The position numbers and the translations under genes are program-made. Shown one piece after another: positions 11,080-20,362 of a stretch of 64,000 nt of DNA. The DNA is from an uncultured Bacilli bacterium (GTDB lineage: Bacteria; Bacillota_I; Bacilli_A; RF39; UBA660). The notes beneath the pieces are model-generated. The model was not told the origin of the DNA, ran no database searches, and saw only the letters and a list, made by a program, of their open reading frames with translations. Each line of letters starts with the position of its first letter. Position 1 is the first letter of the stretch. Location: assembly GCA_947623925.1 (NCBI GenBank), contig CANQID010000002.1, positions 25,823 to 89,822 on the forward strand. The letters are read 5' to 3'.

Positions 11080-11316
11080 ATGGAAGAAAAAGAAGAATTT
11101 AACCAAGATTTACTGAACTATATTACTGAAAATTTTAAGGCAACAATGGAAAGTGATTTTGAGGAAAAAGTTTATGGCTTTCCATATACAAGATGTCTTA
11201 ACACATTTTTTCAAAGGTTAAAGAAAGAATATAATATTGATTTTAATGCTGATTTTATAAGTGATAAATTATTAGATAAAGTTGTTGAAGAATTTTTATT
11301 AAATATAACTAAATAG
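11080..11316 (+). CDS. Hypothetical protein (78 aa)
   Basis: Good RBS 'gaaaggag'. Its N-terminus 'MEEKEEFNQDLLNYITE' is duplicated in the chimeric copy at 9041. Confidence 0.5.
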   Translation: MEEKEEFNQDLLNYITENFKATMESDFEEKVYGFPYTRCLNTFFQRLKKEYNIDFNADFISDKLLDKVVEEFLLNITK

Positions 11317-11330
11317 AGGAGGAATGATTT

Positions 11331-11834
11331 ATGTATATTACTGAAACGACAAGTAATGTTAGAAATTTAATAGAGGAATTGGAAAAAAAGGAAGATATAA
11401 ATAAATTAAAATTTTTAATTTATATATTTGGATTATTAAATAATGACCAAATAAATACTGATAATGAATTAAATCCTAGTTTAGTAGAAAAGGATGATAT
11501 GAAAATTTTTAATTTTGAATCAATTGGATTATCAAATAATATATGCACAATATTATTACAATATTTTTCTATGTTATATAATAATATGACAAATACAAAA
11601 GATACATATGAGGACAATGGAAATATTATTGGTGTTAATTATGATAAGGAAGATAAAGAAATTATTTCAAAATTTGAAAAACTTAAATTTAATGAAAAAT
11701 TAGATTTATTTAGTGAAATTATAATTAGATACGATAATGAAACTTACTTTGATAAAAAAATTACAAATCCCTTATTTAATTTAAGGTTGAGTGGATTTGA
11801 AATGGCAAAAATAATTAGAGATTTAAAAATATAG
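11331..11834 (+). CDS. Hypothetical protein (167 aa)
   Basis: RBS 'agaggagg'. The N-terminus 'MYITETTSNVRNLIEELEKKEDINKLKFLI' is partly duplicated at 9090-9170. No motif was recognised. Confidence 0.5.
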   Translation: MYITETTSNVRNLIEELEKKEDINKLKFLIYIFGLLNNDQINTDNELNPSLVEKDDMKIFNFESIGLSNNICTILLQYFSMLYNNMTNTKDTYEDNGNIIGVNYDKEDKEIISKFEKLKFNEKLDLFSEIIIRYDNETYFDKKITNPLFNLRLSGFEMAKIIRDLKI

Positions 11835-12000
11835 TATTAAATCTTTAGAGTGTTATTTGAAAACTTAATATTTAGATAGCATTCTATGGATAAATCTATC
11901 TTCATTACAATATTGAGTTTTCAAATAATGTATTAGGAACTCAATATTTAGAGTTCTTTTTTTCATTTATTCAAATAAGTTTAAATGAGGAGGAGAAATA

Positions 12001-12201
12001 TTGGACAATGGTCTTTCAATTAATATTGCTAAAAAAGAAATTCAAAAAGCAATTATTAATGAACTCTTTAAAAAAGGCGTAATAGATTTTTGTCAATGTA
12101 ACAACATTATAAAGAAGTTAGATGAAGATATTATAAAATTAGAAGATAAATTAGAAAATAAGGAAAATATGACAAATATAATAGTTAAAATTTCAATTTA
12201 A
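12001..12201 (+). CDS. Small acidic/coiled-coil protein (66 aa), candidate recombination directionality factor/regulator
   Basis: RBS 'gaggaggag'. It ends 2 nt before the recombinase RBS region, consistent with translational coupling with the recombinase gene. Confidence 0.4.
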   Translation: MDNGLSINIAKKEIQKAIINELFKKGVIDFCQCNNIIKKLDEDIIKLEDKLENKENMTNIIVKISI

Positions 12202-12218
12202 AAGTGGGAGGAATAACG

Positions 12219-13946
12219 ATGGTACTGAATTTGTATTCAATAAGAAATATTTTATCACAAGGAAAAAAATTAATAGATTTACCACTTCGCGTAACATTTT
12301 ATGCTCGTGTATCAACAGACCATGAAGAACAATTAAATTCATTAGAAAATCAGGTCATGTATTTTGAAAATTATATTAAATCACAAGCAAATTGGATATT
12401 TGTAAATGGCTATGTAGATGAGGGTATAAGTGGAACAAGTGTTAATAAAAGAGATAATTTTCTTAAGATGATAAATGACGCTAAAAAAGGAATGTTTAAT
12501 TTGATATTAACAAAAGAAATATCGAGATTTTCAAGAAATACTATTGATAGTATTCAATATACACAAGAATTATTATCTTATGGTGTTGGAATATATTTCT
12601 TAAATGACAATATTAATACATTTGATTCAGATTCAGAACTTCGTTTAACTATTATGTCATCTATTGCACAAGATGAAATAAGAAAATTATCAGAAAGAAT
12701 TAGATTTGGTTATAAAAGAAGTATTGAAAAAGGAGTAGTCCCTGGAAGTGATAATTTTTATGGTTATAAAAAAAATAAAGGTAAGTTGGAAATAGTAGAA
12801 GAAGAAGCAAAACTAATAAGACTTATTTTTAATGAATATAGTAAAGGAAAAATGGGTACTTCAAAACTAGGGCGTTATTTATATGATGAATATAATATTG
12901 TAAGTAAAACGAATAAAGCATTAGCAGGGGCTGTTATAACAAAAATAATTAGAAATCCAAAATATAAAGGTTATTTTTGCGCTCATAAGGAAACTACAAT
13001 TGACTATCATTCAAAAAAAAGAATTAGATTTAAACCAGAGGAATGGATATTATATAAAGACAATGAGTCATGTCCTCCAATAGTGTCAGAAGAACTATGG
13101 GAAAAATGTAATAAAATATTAGAAGAAAATTCTATAAAACATAAAACGAATACTAGAACTGATATGAGGTATGCTTTATCTGGGAAAATAAAATGTTATC
13201 ATGATGGGGCATCTTTCATAAGAGGTAGCTATAAAAATAGGAGAACAGGAGTAGAGAGCAAGTATTGGGGATGTTCTAATTACAGAAAATATGGAAAATC
13301 CAAAATTAATGGGTGTAGAACTCCTATTATATATTACAATGAATTATTAGATATATTTAAAAAAATAATAAATAATATATTAGATCAAGAAAATGGCGTA
13401 GTCGAAGAAATTTATGGATTAATTGATGAAATAGAACAGAAAACAGACTACACAAAAGAAATAAATGAGGTAGATAGAAAGATAATAGAAATAAAAAAAG
13501 CAAAATCAGAATTAATTAATATGAGGGCAAGAAAAGAAATAGAGAAAGATGAATATAACGAATCGAAAGAAAAATATAATAGTGAATTATTAACTCTTGA
13601 AGAGAGGAAACAAAAATATTTAGCAACAAGTTTAAAAGTAGACTACAAATCCAACATTAATGATTTTATCAAAAAAGTTCGTGATATAGTTTTAGAAGAT
13701 GACGAATCCGTTTTTAGTATATTTGGTTCTGTAATTGATAAAATATTAGTAGAAAAATTAGAATCAAAAGAAGATAATATTCATAAGATAATGTTACATT
13801 TTAAATTGAACATACTTGGCTACGATAAAAGTAGCTTAAATTTAAATGATTTTTTACTGCTTTTTAGTAACCACGACAGACGCAGTTGTGGCGCTTGCAG
13901 AAAAGATAGCGGGAACGGAAGAAATGTTTGTAGATATGATGAATAA
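12219..13946 (+). CDS. Large serine recombinase (resolvase/invertase catalytic domain + recombinase domain + zinc ribbon + coiled coil)
   Basis: The active-site context 'VTFYARVSTDHEEQLNSLENQ' is present. The protein is about 575 aa with a Cys cluster ('CPP...C', 'CYHDG...GCSNYRKYGKSKINGCR'). RBS is GGGAGG and ATG is at 12219. The 3' end overlaps the dac junction. Confidence 0.85.
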   Translation: MVLNLYSIRNILSQGKKLIDLPLRVTFYARVSTDHEEQLNSLENQVMYFENYIKSQANWIFVNGYVDEGISGTSVNKRDNFLKMINDAKKGMFNLILTKEISRFSRNTIDSIQYTQELLSYGVGIYFLNDNINTFDSDSELRLTIMSSIAQDEIRKLSERIRFGYKRSIEKGVVPGSDNFYGYKKNKGKLEIVEEEAKLIRLIFNEYSKGKMGTSKLGRYLYDEYNIVSKTNKALAGAVITKIIRNPKYKGYFCAHKETTIDYHSKKRIRFKPEEWILYKDNESCPPIVSEELWEKCNKILEENSIKHKTNTRTDMRYALSGKIKCYHDGASFIRGSYKNRRTGVESKYWGCSNYRKYGKSKINGCRTPIIYYNELLDIFKKIINNILDQENGVVEEIYGLIDEIEQKTDYTKEINEVDRKIIEIKKAKSELINMRARKEIEKDEYNESKEKYNSELLTLEERKQKYLATSLKVDYKSNINDFIKKVRDIVLEDDESVFSIFGSVIDKILVEKLESKEDNIHKIMLHFKLNILGYDKSSLNLNDFLLLFSNHDRRSCGACRKDSGNGRNVCRYDE

Positions 13947-14667
13947 AAGAGCAAAAGAATTAGGATTAACAGAAACTAACTTTAAAAATGTACATGGATT
14001 ACATGATACAAATCATTATTCAAGCGCATATGATATGTCAATAATAGCTAAAGAACTTGTAAAGCATGAAAAGCTATTTGAATACACGTCAATTTATGAA
14101 GACTACTTAAGACAAAACACAGATCGTAAAATATGGCTAGTTAATACAAATAAACTAGTAAGATTTTATAATGGTGTTGATGGATTAAAAACAGGATATA
14201 CAAAAGAAGCAGGATATTGTTTAACTGCAACAGCAAAAAAAGACAATATGCGTGTAATAGCTGTAGTAATGGGAGAACCCGATAGTCAAACAAGAAATAA
14301 AGAAGTAACGGAAATGCTAGATTATGCTTTTGCTCAATATGAAGTAGAAGAAATATTGTCAAAAAATAGTATTTTAGATAAAGTTAAAGTTTCAAAAGGA
14401 AAAGATGAATATGTAGAAATAGTACCAACACAACAAATAACATTTTTAAATAAAAAAACAGAACCTAAAAAAACAGCTACTTTTGATTTAAATATAAATA
14501 AACTATCTGCTCCTTTAAAAGTTGGAGATAAAGTAGGAACTATTAAAGTAAAAGAAGACGGAATAGAAAGAATAATAGATGTAACAGTTAAAAATGATAT
14601 AGAAAAAGCAAATATATTTGAAGTATATATAAGAAACTTAAAAGATATGCTTGTAGGCAATATGTAG
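13878..14667 (+). pseudogene. Interrupted D-alanyl-D-alanine carboxypeptidase gene (dacF/dacB/PBP5 type): C-terminal about 260 codons only
   Basis: The sequence 'DAVVALAEKIAGTEEMFVDMMNKRAKELGLTETNFKNVHGL...GLKTGYT...' aligns to PBP5-type enzymes from the SGN motif onward. The SGN motif is replaced by element-derived 'TTT', and the SxxK active-site serine region is absent. Confidence 0.65.
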
Positions 14668-14779
14668 TTTATATAAATTTAAAGTTAAAACTAAAATTTT
14701 AACTTTTTTAAAAATTTTAAAAAACCCATAAAACTATTTACAAATAAATAATAATTTTGATAAAATCAAATATAGGGGA

Positions 14780-15910
14780 GTGGGTTTTATGAGTAGTGAA
14801 AAAAATTTAAAATTAATAGTTTTAAAAAGTGCCTTAGAATTAGGAAAAAACGTAGATTTTCATCTTATGAATTTACACAAAAATTCAAATGAAAGTTTTA
14901 TAGTACCTGTTAAAGAAACATGGTTTAGTGATGGACATGGTAAAGTTGAATTATTAGATTCAGTTAGAGACAAAGATGTATATATAATTACAGATATTGG
15001 AAATTATTCAATAGAATACAAAATGAATAAATATATTAATCATACCTCACCAAATGATTTAGCATCACAATTAAAAGATACATTAGGTGCTTGCAAATGT
15101 CATACTAGAACTTTATCAGTAATAATGCCACTATTATACGCAGGAAGACAACACAGAAGAATTAGTAGGGAAGCACTATCATGTGCAACATATTTGCATG
15201 AATTAGATTGTGATTCAAAAGTTAATAGGATAATAACATTTGATGCACATGATGATGGAGTTCAACAAGCATTATTCCAAACAGAATTTGATAATTTTTA
15301 TGCAACAAATATAATGCTAGAACAATTTATTAATAATACAAATATAGAAGAATTAAAAAATATAATTTTCGTCGCACCAGATTCAGGTGCAATAGGAAGA
15401 ATGAACGTTTATTTAAATTCATTTAACAGTGAACATATAGATAAAGATGCAGGAAATTTTTACAAAAGAAGGGATTATAATAAAATAGTCGATGGAAAAC
15501 ATCCAATTATTCAACACTCATATTCAGGAAATCCTAATATAAAAGGTAAAACAGCAATAATAGTAGACGATATGATTTCATCAGGTTCTTCAATGTTAGA
15601 CTCAATAGACACATTAAAAAAAATGGGTGTAGAACATGTATATATAATGTGTACATATGCACTATTTACAGAAGGTATAGAAAAATTTAAAAAATATTAT
15701 GAAGATAAAAAATTTGATGGAATTTATACTACTAATTTAAGTTATATTGATGAAGAATATAAAAAAGAAGAATGGTTAAATATAGTAGATTGTTCAAAAT
15801 ATATTGCAGATATAATATATAACCTTCATAATGGTGATAGTATTTGTAGTTTGTTAAGGGATAAAAGCTATCCATCAAAAGTTCTAGAAAAAAAATTTAA
15901 AAACAGTTAA
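14780..15910 (+). CDS. Ribose-phosphate pyrophosphokinase family protein, long and divergent (376 aa)
   Basis: PRPP-binding loop 'AIIVDDMISSGSSMLDSIDTLKKMGVEHVYIMCTYALFTEG' and a flag-region analogue 'RQHRRISRE'. It carries insertions relative to the canonical ~315-aa Prs. Confidence 0.5.
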   Translation: MGFMSSEKNLKLIVLKSALELGKNVDFHLMNLHKNSNESFIVPVKETWFSDGHGKVELLDSVRDKDVYIITDIGNYSIEYKMNKYINHTSPNDLASQLKDTLGACKCHTRTLSVIMPLLYAGRQHRRISREALSCATYLHELDCDSKVNRIITFDAHDDGVQQALFQTEFDNFYATNIMLEQFINNTNIEELKNIIFVAPDSGAIGRMNVYLNSFNSEHIDKDAGNFYKRRDYNKIVDGKHPIIQHSYSGNPNIKGKTAIIVDDMISSGSSMLDSIDTLKKMGVEHVYIMCTYALFTEGIEKFKKYYEDKKFDGIYTTNLSYIDEEYKKEEWLNIVDCSKYIADIIYNLHNGDSICSLLRDKSYPSKVLEKKFKNS

Positions 15911-16003
15911 TCTGTTTTTTATTATATGATAAAATAGTAAATCATTTTAATTGTAATAAAATGATTTATGTGTTAGAATTAGATGTAGCAATGAGGTGGT
16001 AAC

Positions 16004-16525
16004 ATGGAAAAATATATACCTGATATATACCAAAAAAGTATATACTCTATTGATTATGATAAATTAATAAAAAGAGGAATTAAATGCCTTCTATTTGATT
16101 TAGATAATACAATTGCTCCCATAAATATGAAAATTCCAAGTAAAAAAATAAAAAAATTATTTAGTGATTTAAAAGCAAAAGGTTTTAAAGTAATAATATT
16201 TTCAAATAGTACAAAAAAAAGAGTAAAACCTTTTAAAGATGCATTAGATGTAGATTGTGCTGCAAATGCTTGTAAACCAAGACCTAAAAAATTCCTTCAA
16301 GTCATAAATGAATTTGACTTTTCAATAAGTGAAATTGCGATAATTGGAGACCAAATATTAACAGATGTATTAGGTGGAAATAATGTAGGAATAACTACTA
16401 TATTAGTTAATCAAATAAGCCCTAAAGAATTAATATTTACAAAAATAAATAGAATTAGAGAAAAAAAAGTAATAAAAAAACTAGAACAAAGAGAATTATT
16501 TATAAGAGGAAAATATTATGAATAA
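16004..16525 (+). CDS. yqeG: YqeG-family HAD phosphatase
   Basis: 'LLFDLDNTIAP' HAD motif I, about 170 aa, immediately upstream of yqeH as in Bacillus. Confidence 0.6.
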   Translation: MEKYIPDIYQKSIYSIDYDKLIKRGIKCLLFDLDNTIAPINMKIPSKKIKKLFSDLKAKGFKVIIFSNSTKKRVKPFKDALDVDCAANACKPRPKKFLQVINEFDFSISEIAIIGDQILTDVLGGNNVGITTILVNQISPKELIFTKINRIREKKVIKKLEQRELFIRGKYYE

Positions 16526-17501
16526 ATGTAAAGGTTGTGGTGTTGTACTTCAAAATGAAGATGAAATACAATTAGGATTTACTAAAAATATAGAAAATAA
16601 TTTATGTGAAAGATGCTTTAGAATAATAAATTATAATGAATATAAAGAAGTAGTAAAAGACAATAAAGAATTTATAAAAATACTTGAAAATATAAACAAA
16701 ACAAAAGATTTAGTATTATTAGTAGTAGACTTATTTAATATAAATAAAATAGAAAATATTTTAAAATATATTTCAAATGATATTATATTAGTATTAACAA
16801 AAAGAGATTTACTTCCAAAATCAGTTAAAGATAGTAAATTAATAGAATATGTAAATAAATGTTCAAAAAATGTAAAAGAAACTTTAGTAATAAGTAGTAC
16901 TAAAAATTATAATTTTGACTTGTTATTTAACTTAGTAAATAAATATAAACTAAGTAAAAATGTTTATGTAGTAGGATATACAAATTCAGGTAAATCAACA
17001 ATGATAAATAAAATGATTTATAATTATTCATTAAATGAATCACAAATAACAACAAGTTTACTTCCAAATACAACAGTAGATTTGATAAAAGTAAATATAA
17101 ATGATGATTTAACACTTATAGATACACCAGGTATATTAGATAGTGGAAATATAATAAATTATATAGATAAAAAAAATATAAAAAAATTGCTTCCTAAAAA
17201 AGAGATAAAACCAATAACATATCAATTAAAAAAAGAAACAACTTTAGTTATAGAAGATATAGTAAGAATAGATAGTATAACAGATTCTAATATAACGATT
17301 TTTATATCAAATTTATTTAAAATAAATAGGTATTATAAGACAGATAAATTAAATAATTTAAGTTTTGTAAAACTTGATATATTAAAAGGAGAAGACGTAG
17401 TAATAAATGGACTTTGCTTTATAAAAGTAACAACTAATTGTACTTTAAAAATATATATTACAAAAGACGTAGAAATTTATAAAAGGAAAAGTTTAATTTA
17501 A
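16518..17501 (+). CDS. yqeH: Ribosome biogenesis GTPase YqeH (circularly permuted GTPase with N-terminal zinc finger)
   Basis: 'CKGCGVVLQ...CERCF' zinc finger, with G4 'LTKRDL' before G1 'GYTNSGKST' and then 'DTPG'. Confidence 0.7.
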   Translation: MNKCKGCGVVLQNEDEIQLGFTKNIENNLCERCFRIINYNEYKEVVKDNKEFIKILENINKTKDLVLLVVDLFNINKIENILKYISNDIILVLTKRDLLPKSVKDSKLIEYVNKCSKNVKETLVISSTKNYNFDLLFNLVNKYKLSKNVYVVGYTNSGKSTMINKMIYNYSLNESQITTSLLPNTTVDLIKVNINDDLTLIDTPGILDSGNIINYIDKKNIKKLLPKKEIKPITYQLKKETTLVIEDIVRIDSITDSNITIFISNLFKINRYYKTDKLNNLSFVKLDILKGEDVVINGLCFIKVTTNCTLKIYITKDVEIYKRKSLI

Positions 17502-17550
17502 GTCTTTTTTTTTATATAAAAAAATTGTATAATTTATAATAGGTGATAAT

Positions 17551-19320
17551 ATGTTGGGTAATATAATAGGTACTGATGGTAATAAAGTAATTGTAAAACT
17601 AAAGGTAGAATTAGAAAAAATACATAATTTAATTAATTTATATGTAATTATGGAAGATGAAGAAAAAAAGTTTGTAGGAGAAATAATAGATATTAAAGAT
17701 GGTAATGCAATAATATCTTTACTCGGAGAATTTATGAATGAAAAATTTGTATTTGGTATTATGTCAAAACCATCATTTTCTGCTACAGTAAAATTAATTT
17801 CAAAAGAAAAAGCACCGCTTGTAATAGGTATTGATGACTATAAAGAAAACGTTCATTTATATATAGGAGAAAGTCCCACATATGAAGGTGTTAAAATAGG
17901 AATGAATGTTAATGACTTTTTTAGTAATCATTTTGCTATATTTGGTTCAACAGGAAGTGGTAAATCTTGTAGTGTAGCAAGAATATTACAAAATTTATTT
18001 TCTAAAGAAAAACAAATACCTTATAGAGCAAGTATATTTATATTTGATGCATATGGTGAATATCATAACGCATTTAAAGATTTACATAATAAAGTACCAC
18101 AAATAAATTTTAAAACATATACAACAAATACAAAATCAGATTCAGAACTTATAAGAATACCTATTTGGTTACTTGATACAGATGATTTAGCTATATTACT
18201 TGGTGTAGAAAAAAGTAGTCAAATACCTATAATAGAAAAAGCATTAAAATTAGTTACTATTTTTGGTAGAGAAGAAAAACTTGTTTTAAAACATAAAAAT
18301 GATATAATTGCAAGGGCATTACTTGATATATTATCAAGTGGTAAACAATCAACACAAATAAGGGACCAAATATTTTCTGTTTTATCACATTATCATACAT
18401 CAGAATTAAATCTAGAAACAGAAGTATTTCAACCTGGATATATAAGAACTTTAAAACAATGCTTATTAATAGATGCATCTGGTAAAATGAGAGAAATGGA
18501 ATTATTAGTTAATTTCATTGAAAAATATGTAGATGATACATTAGAATTAACAATGCCAGATAAATCTTTTAGATATACATTAAATGATTTGAGAGAAGCA
18601 TTTGATTTTGCTTTGATTTCAGAAGGTATATTAAAAAGTGATAAAGTATTTGATGAAGTTAATACTTTAAAAGTTAGGTTACATTCACTTATAAATAGTG
18701 ACTATGCCAAATTTTTCGAATATGATAATTTTATAACAGAGGAAGAATATATTAAAGATTTATTGTCAGCGCCTAATAATAGAAAAGCTCAAATTATAAA
18801 TTTTAATATTAATTATGTAGATGATAGATTTGCTAAAGCATTAACTAAAATATATTCAAAAATGTTATTTAATTATTCAAAAGATAGTAATCAAAAAACA
18901 ACATTACCTTTTCATATAATACTAGAAGAAGCACACAGATATGTACAAAATGATAATGATGTTTCTATATTAGGTTATAATATATTTGATAGAATAACTA
19001 AAGAAGGTAGAAAATATGGAGTTTTACTTGGACTTATTTCACAAAGACCATCTGAATTATCTTCAACTTCTCTATCACAATGTAGTAATTTCTTAATATT
19101 TAAAATGTTACATCCAACTGATATAAAATATATACAAGAAATGGTACCAAATATAACAACTGAAACAGTAGAAAAACTAAGAACGCTTCAGCCTGGAACA
19201 TGTATTGCTTTTGGTAATGCATTTAAGGTTCCGGTTTTAGTAAAACTTGAACTTCCAAATCCAACACCTTCAAGTGAAAGTTGTGATATAACTAATACAT
19301 GGTTTTTAGAAAAAGAGTAG
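17551..19320 (+). CDS. HerA/FtsK-like (DUF87) P-loop ATPase, solitary
   Basis: Walker A 'IFGSTGSGKSCS', Walker B/DEAH-like 'IILEEAHRYV', and an N-terminal barrel-like region of about 120 aa before the ATPase core. Confidence 0.55.
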   Translation: MLGNIIGTDGNKVIVKLKVELEKIHNLINLYVIMEDEEKKFVGEIIDIKDGNAIISLLGEFMNEKFVFGIMSKPSFSATVKLISKEKAPLVIGIDDYKENVHLYIGESPTYEGVKIGMNVNDFFSNHFAIFGSTGSGKSCSVARILQNLFSKEKQIPYRASIFIFDAYGEYHNAFKDLHNKVPQINFKTYTTNTKSDSELIRIPIWLLDTDDLAILLGVEKSSQIPIIEKALKLVTIFGREEKLVLKHKNDIIARALLDILSSGKQSTQIRDQIFSVLSHYHTSELNLETEVFQPGYIRTLKQCLLIDASGKMREMELLVNFIEKYVDDTLELTMPDKSFRYTLNDLREAFDFALISEGILKSDKVFDEVNTLKVRLHSLINSDYAKFFEYDNFITEEEYIKDLLSAPNNRKAQIINFNINYVDDRFAKALTKIYSKMLFNYSKDSNQKTTLPFHIILEEAHRYVQNDNDVSILGYNIFDRITKEGRKYGVLLGLISQRPSELSSTSLSQCSNFLIFKMLHPTDIKYIQEMVPNITTETVEKLRTLQPGTCIAFGNAFKVPVLVKLELPNPTPSSESCDITNTWFLEKE

Positions 19321-19321
19321 C

Positions 19322-20254
19322 TTAATAGTTACTCTTTTCTCCTTGATAAATATTTCTTTTTTTCATTTCTTTATCTATATCATTTAATACACAAAATTTT
19401 TTTATTAACCAAGTAGGCTCTATTAAATCTTCTTTTTTAGGGTCCCCTGTTATTCTATTTATTACAATTTCAGGTCTTAAATGAGTTAATTGCTCACATA
19501 CTATATCTATGTATTCTTCTTTAGTTAAAACATGAAATTTTTCTTTTTTATACATAGTTTCTAGTTGTGTATTTTTAAGTATATGTAACATATGTATTTT
19601 GATACCTTGAATATCTAATTTATTTAAGTATTTTACTGTTTCAATCATCATTTCTTTTGTTTCATAAGGCAAACCATTTATTATATGAACAACTACATTT
19701 ATGTTTCTTTCTCTAAGTTTTTTTACCATTTCATAAAAGTTTTCTAAACTATGACATCTATTTATTAAAATACTTGTTTTTTCATGAATAGTTTGTAATC
19801 CAAGTTCTACAGTTAAGTATGTTTTTTTACTTAATTCTTCTAAATAATCTAAACATTCGTTAGTTATTGAATCAGAACGCGTTGCGATATTAAGACCAAC
19901 AACATTGTCAAGTTTTAATATACTTTCGTATTTTTCTTTTAAAACATTAAGCGGAGCATATGTATTTGTATGAGCTTGAAAATATCCTATATATTTACTA
20001 TTAGGCCATTTTTTTAGTAGCATATTTTTAATTGTATCAAATTGTTTAACTAAGTCTAAATTTTTATCTCCAGCAAATTCGCCACTACCTTTGTTGGAAC
20101 AATAAATACAACCTTTAGTTCCAACTTTCCCATCAATATTTGGACAAGTAAATCCAGCATCTAAACTTACTTTAAATACTTTACAACCAAATTTATTTCT
20201 ATAAAAATAGTCTAATGTATGATATCTTTTATTATTATCTGAATACTTAAACAT
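19322..20254 (-). CDS. TIGR01212-family radical SAM protein (YhcC-like)
   Basis: 'FTCPNIDGKVGTKGCIYCSN' matches the CPNxDG...GCxxC signature of the YhcC family. About 310 aa. Confidence 0.7.
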   Translation of the reverse strand: MFKYSDNNKRYHTLDYFYRNKFGCKVFKVSLDAGFTCPNIDGKVGTKGCIYCSNKGSGEFAGDKNLDLVKQFDTIKNMLLKKWPNSKYIGYFQAHTNTYAPLNVLKEKYESILKLDNVVGLNIATRSDSITNECLDYLEELSKKTYLTVELGLQTIHEKTSILINRCHSLENFYEMVKKLRERNINVVVHIINGLPYETKEMMIETVKYLNKLDIQGIKIHMLHILKNTQLETMYKKEKFHVLTKEEYIDIVCEQLTHLRPEIVINRITGDPKKEDLIEPTWLIKKFCVLNDIDKEMKKRNIYQGEKSNY

Positions 20255-20362
20255 CTAATCACCAAATATAATTATACACTAATTATTAGTTTTTTTAATT
20301 TAAATAACATGAAAAATGAGTGAAAATACTTTATTTTTAAATGAAATGTGCTATAATTAACA

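Larger units (their letters stand above)
1..13878. mobile_element. Right-hand portion of an integrative conjugative/mobilisable element (coupling protein, DarB-like protein, cargo, terminal large serine recombinase); left end lies outside the window
   Basis: A T4SS coupling ATPase, a giant MTase-helicase and a large serine recombinase are clustered. The recombinase gene abuts and overlaps a truncated host D,D-carboxypeptidase gene at about 13870-13880. Downstream genes are housekeeping. Confidence 0.7.

Noticed and set aside
13846-13877. Met start at 13846 for the dac ORF (MIFYCFLVTT...)
   Set aside because: These codons are element (recombinase 3' end) sequence in another frame. The D,D-carboxypeptidase homology begins only at about 13878, so the ORF-track start is an artefact of an open frame across the junction.
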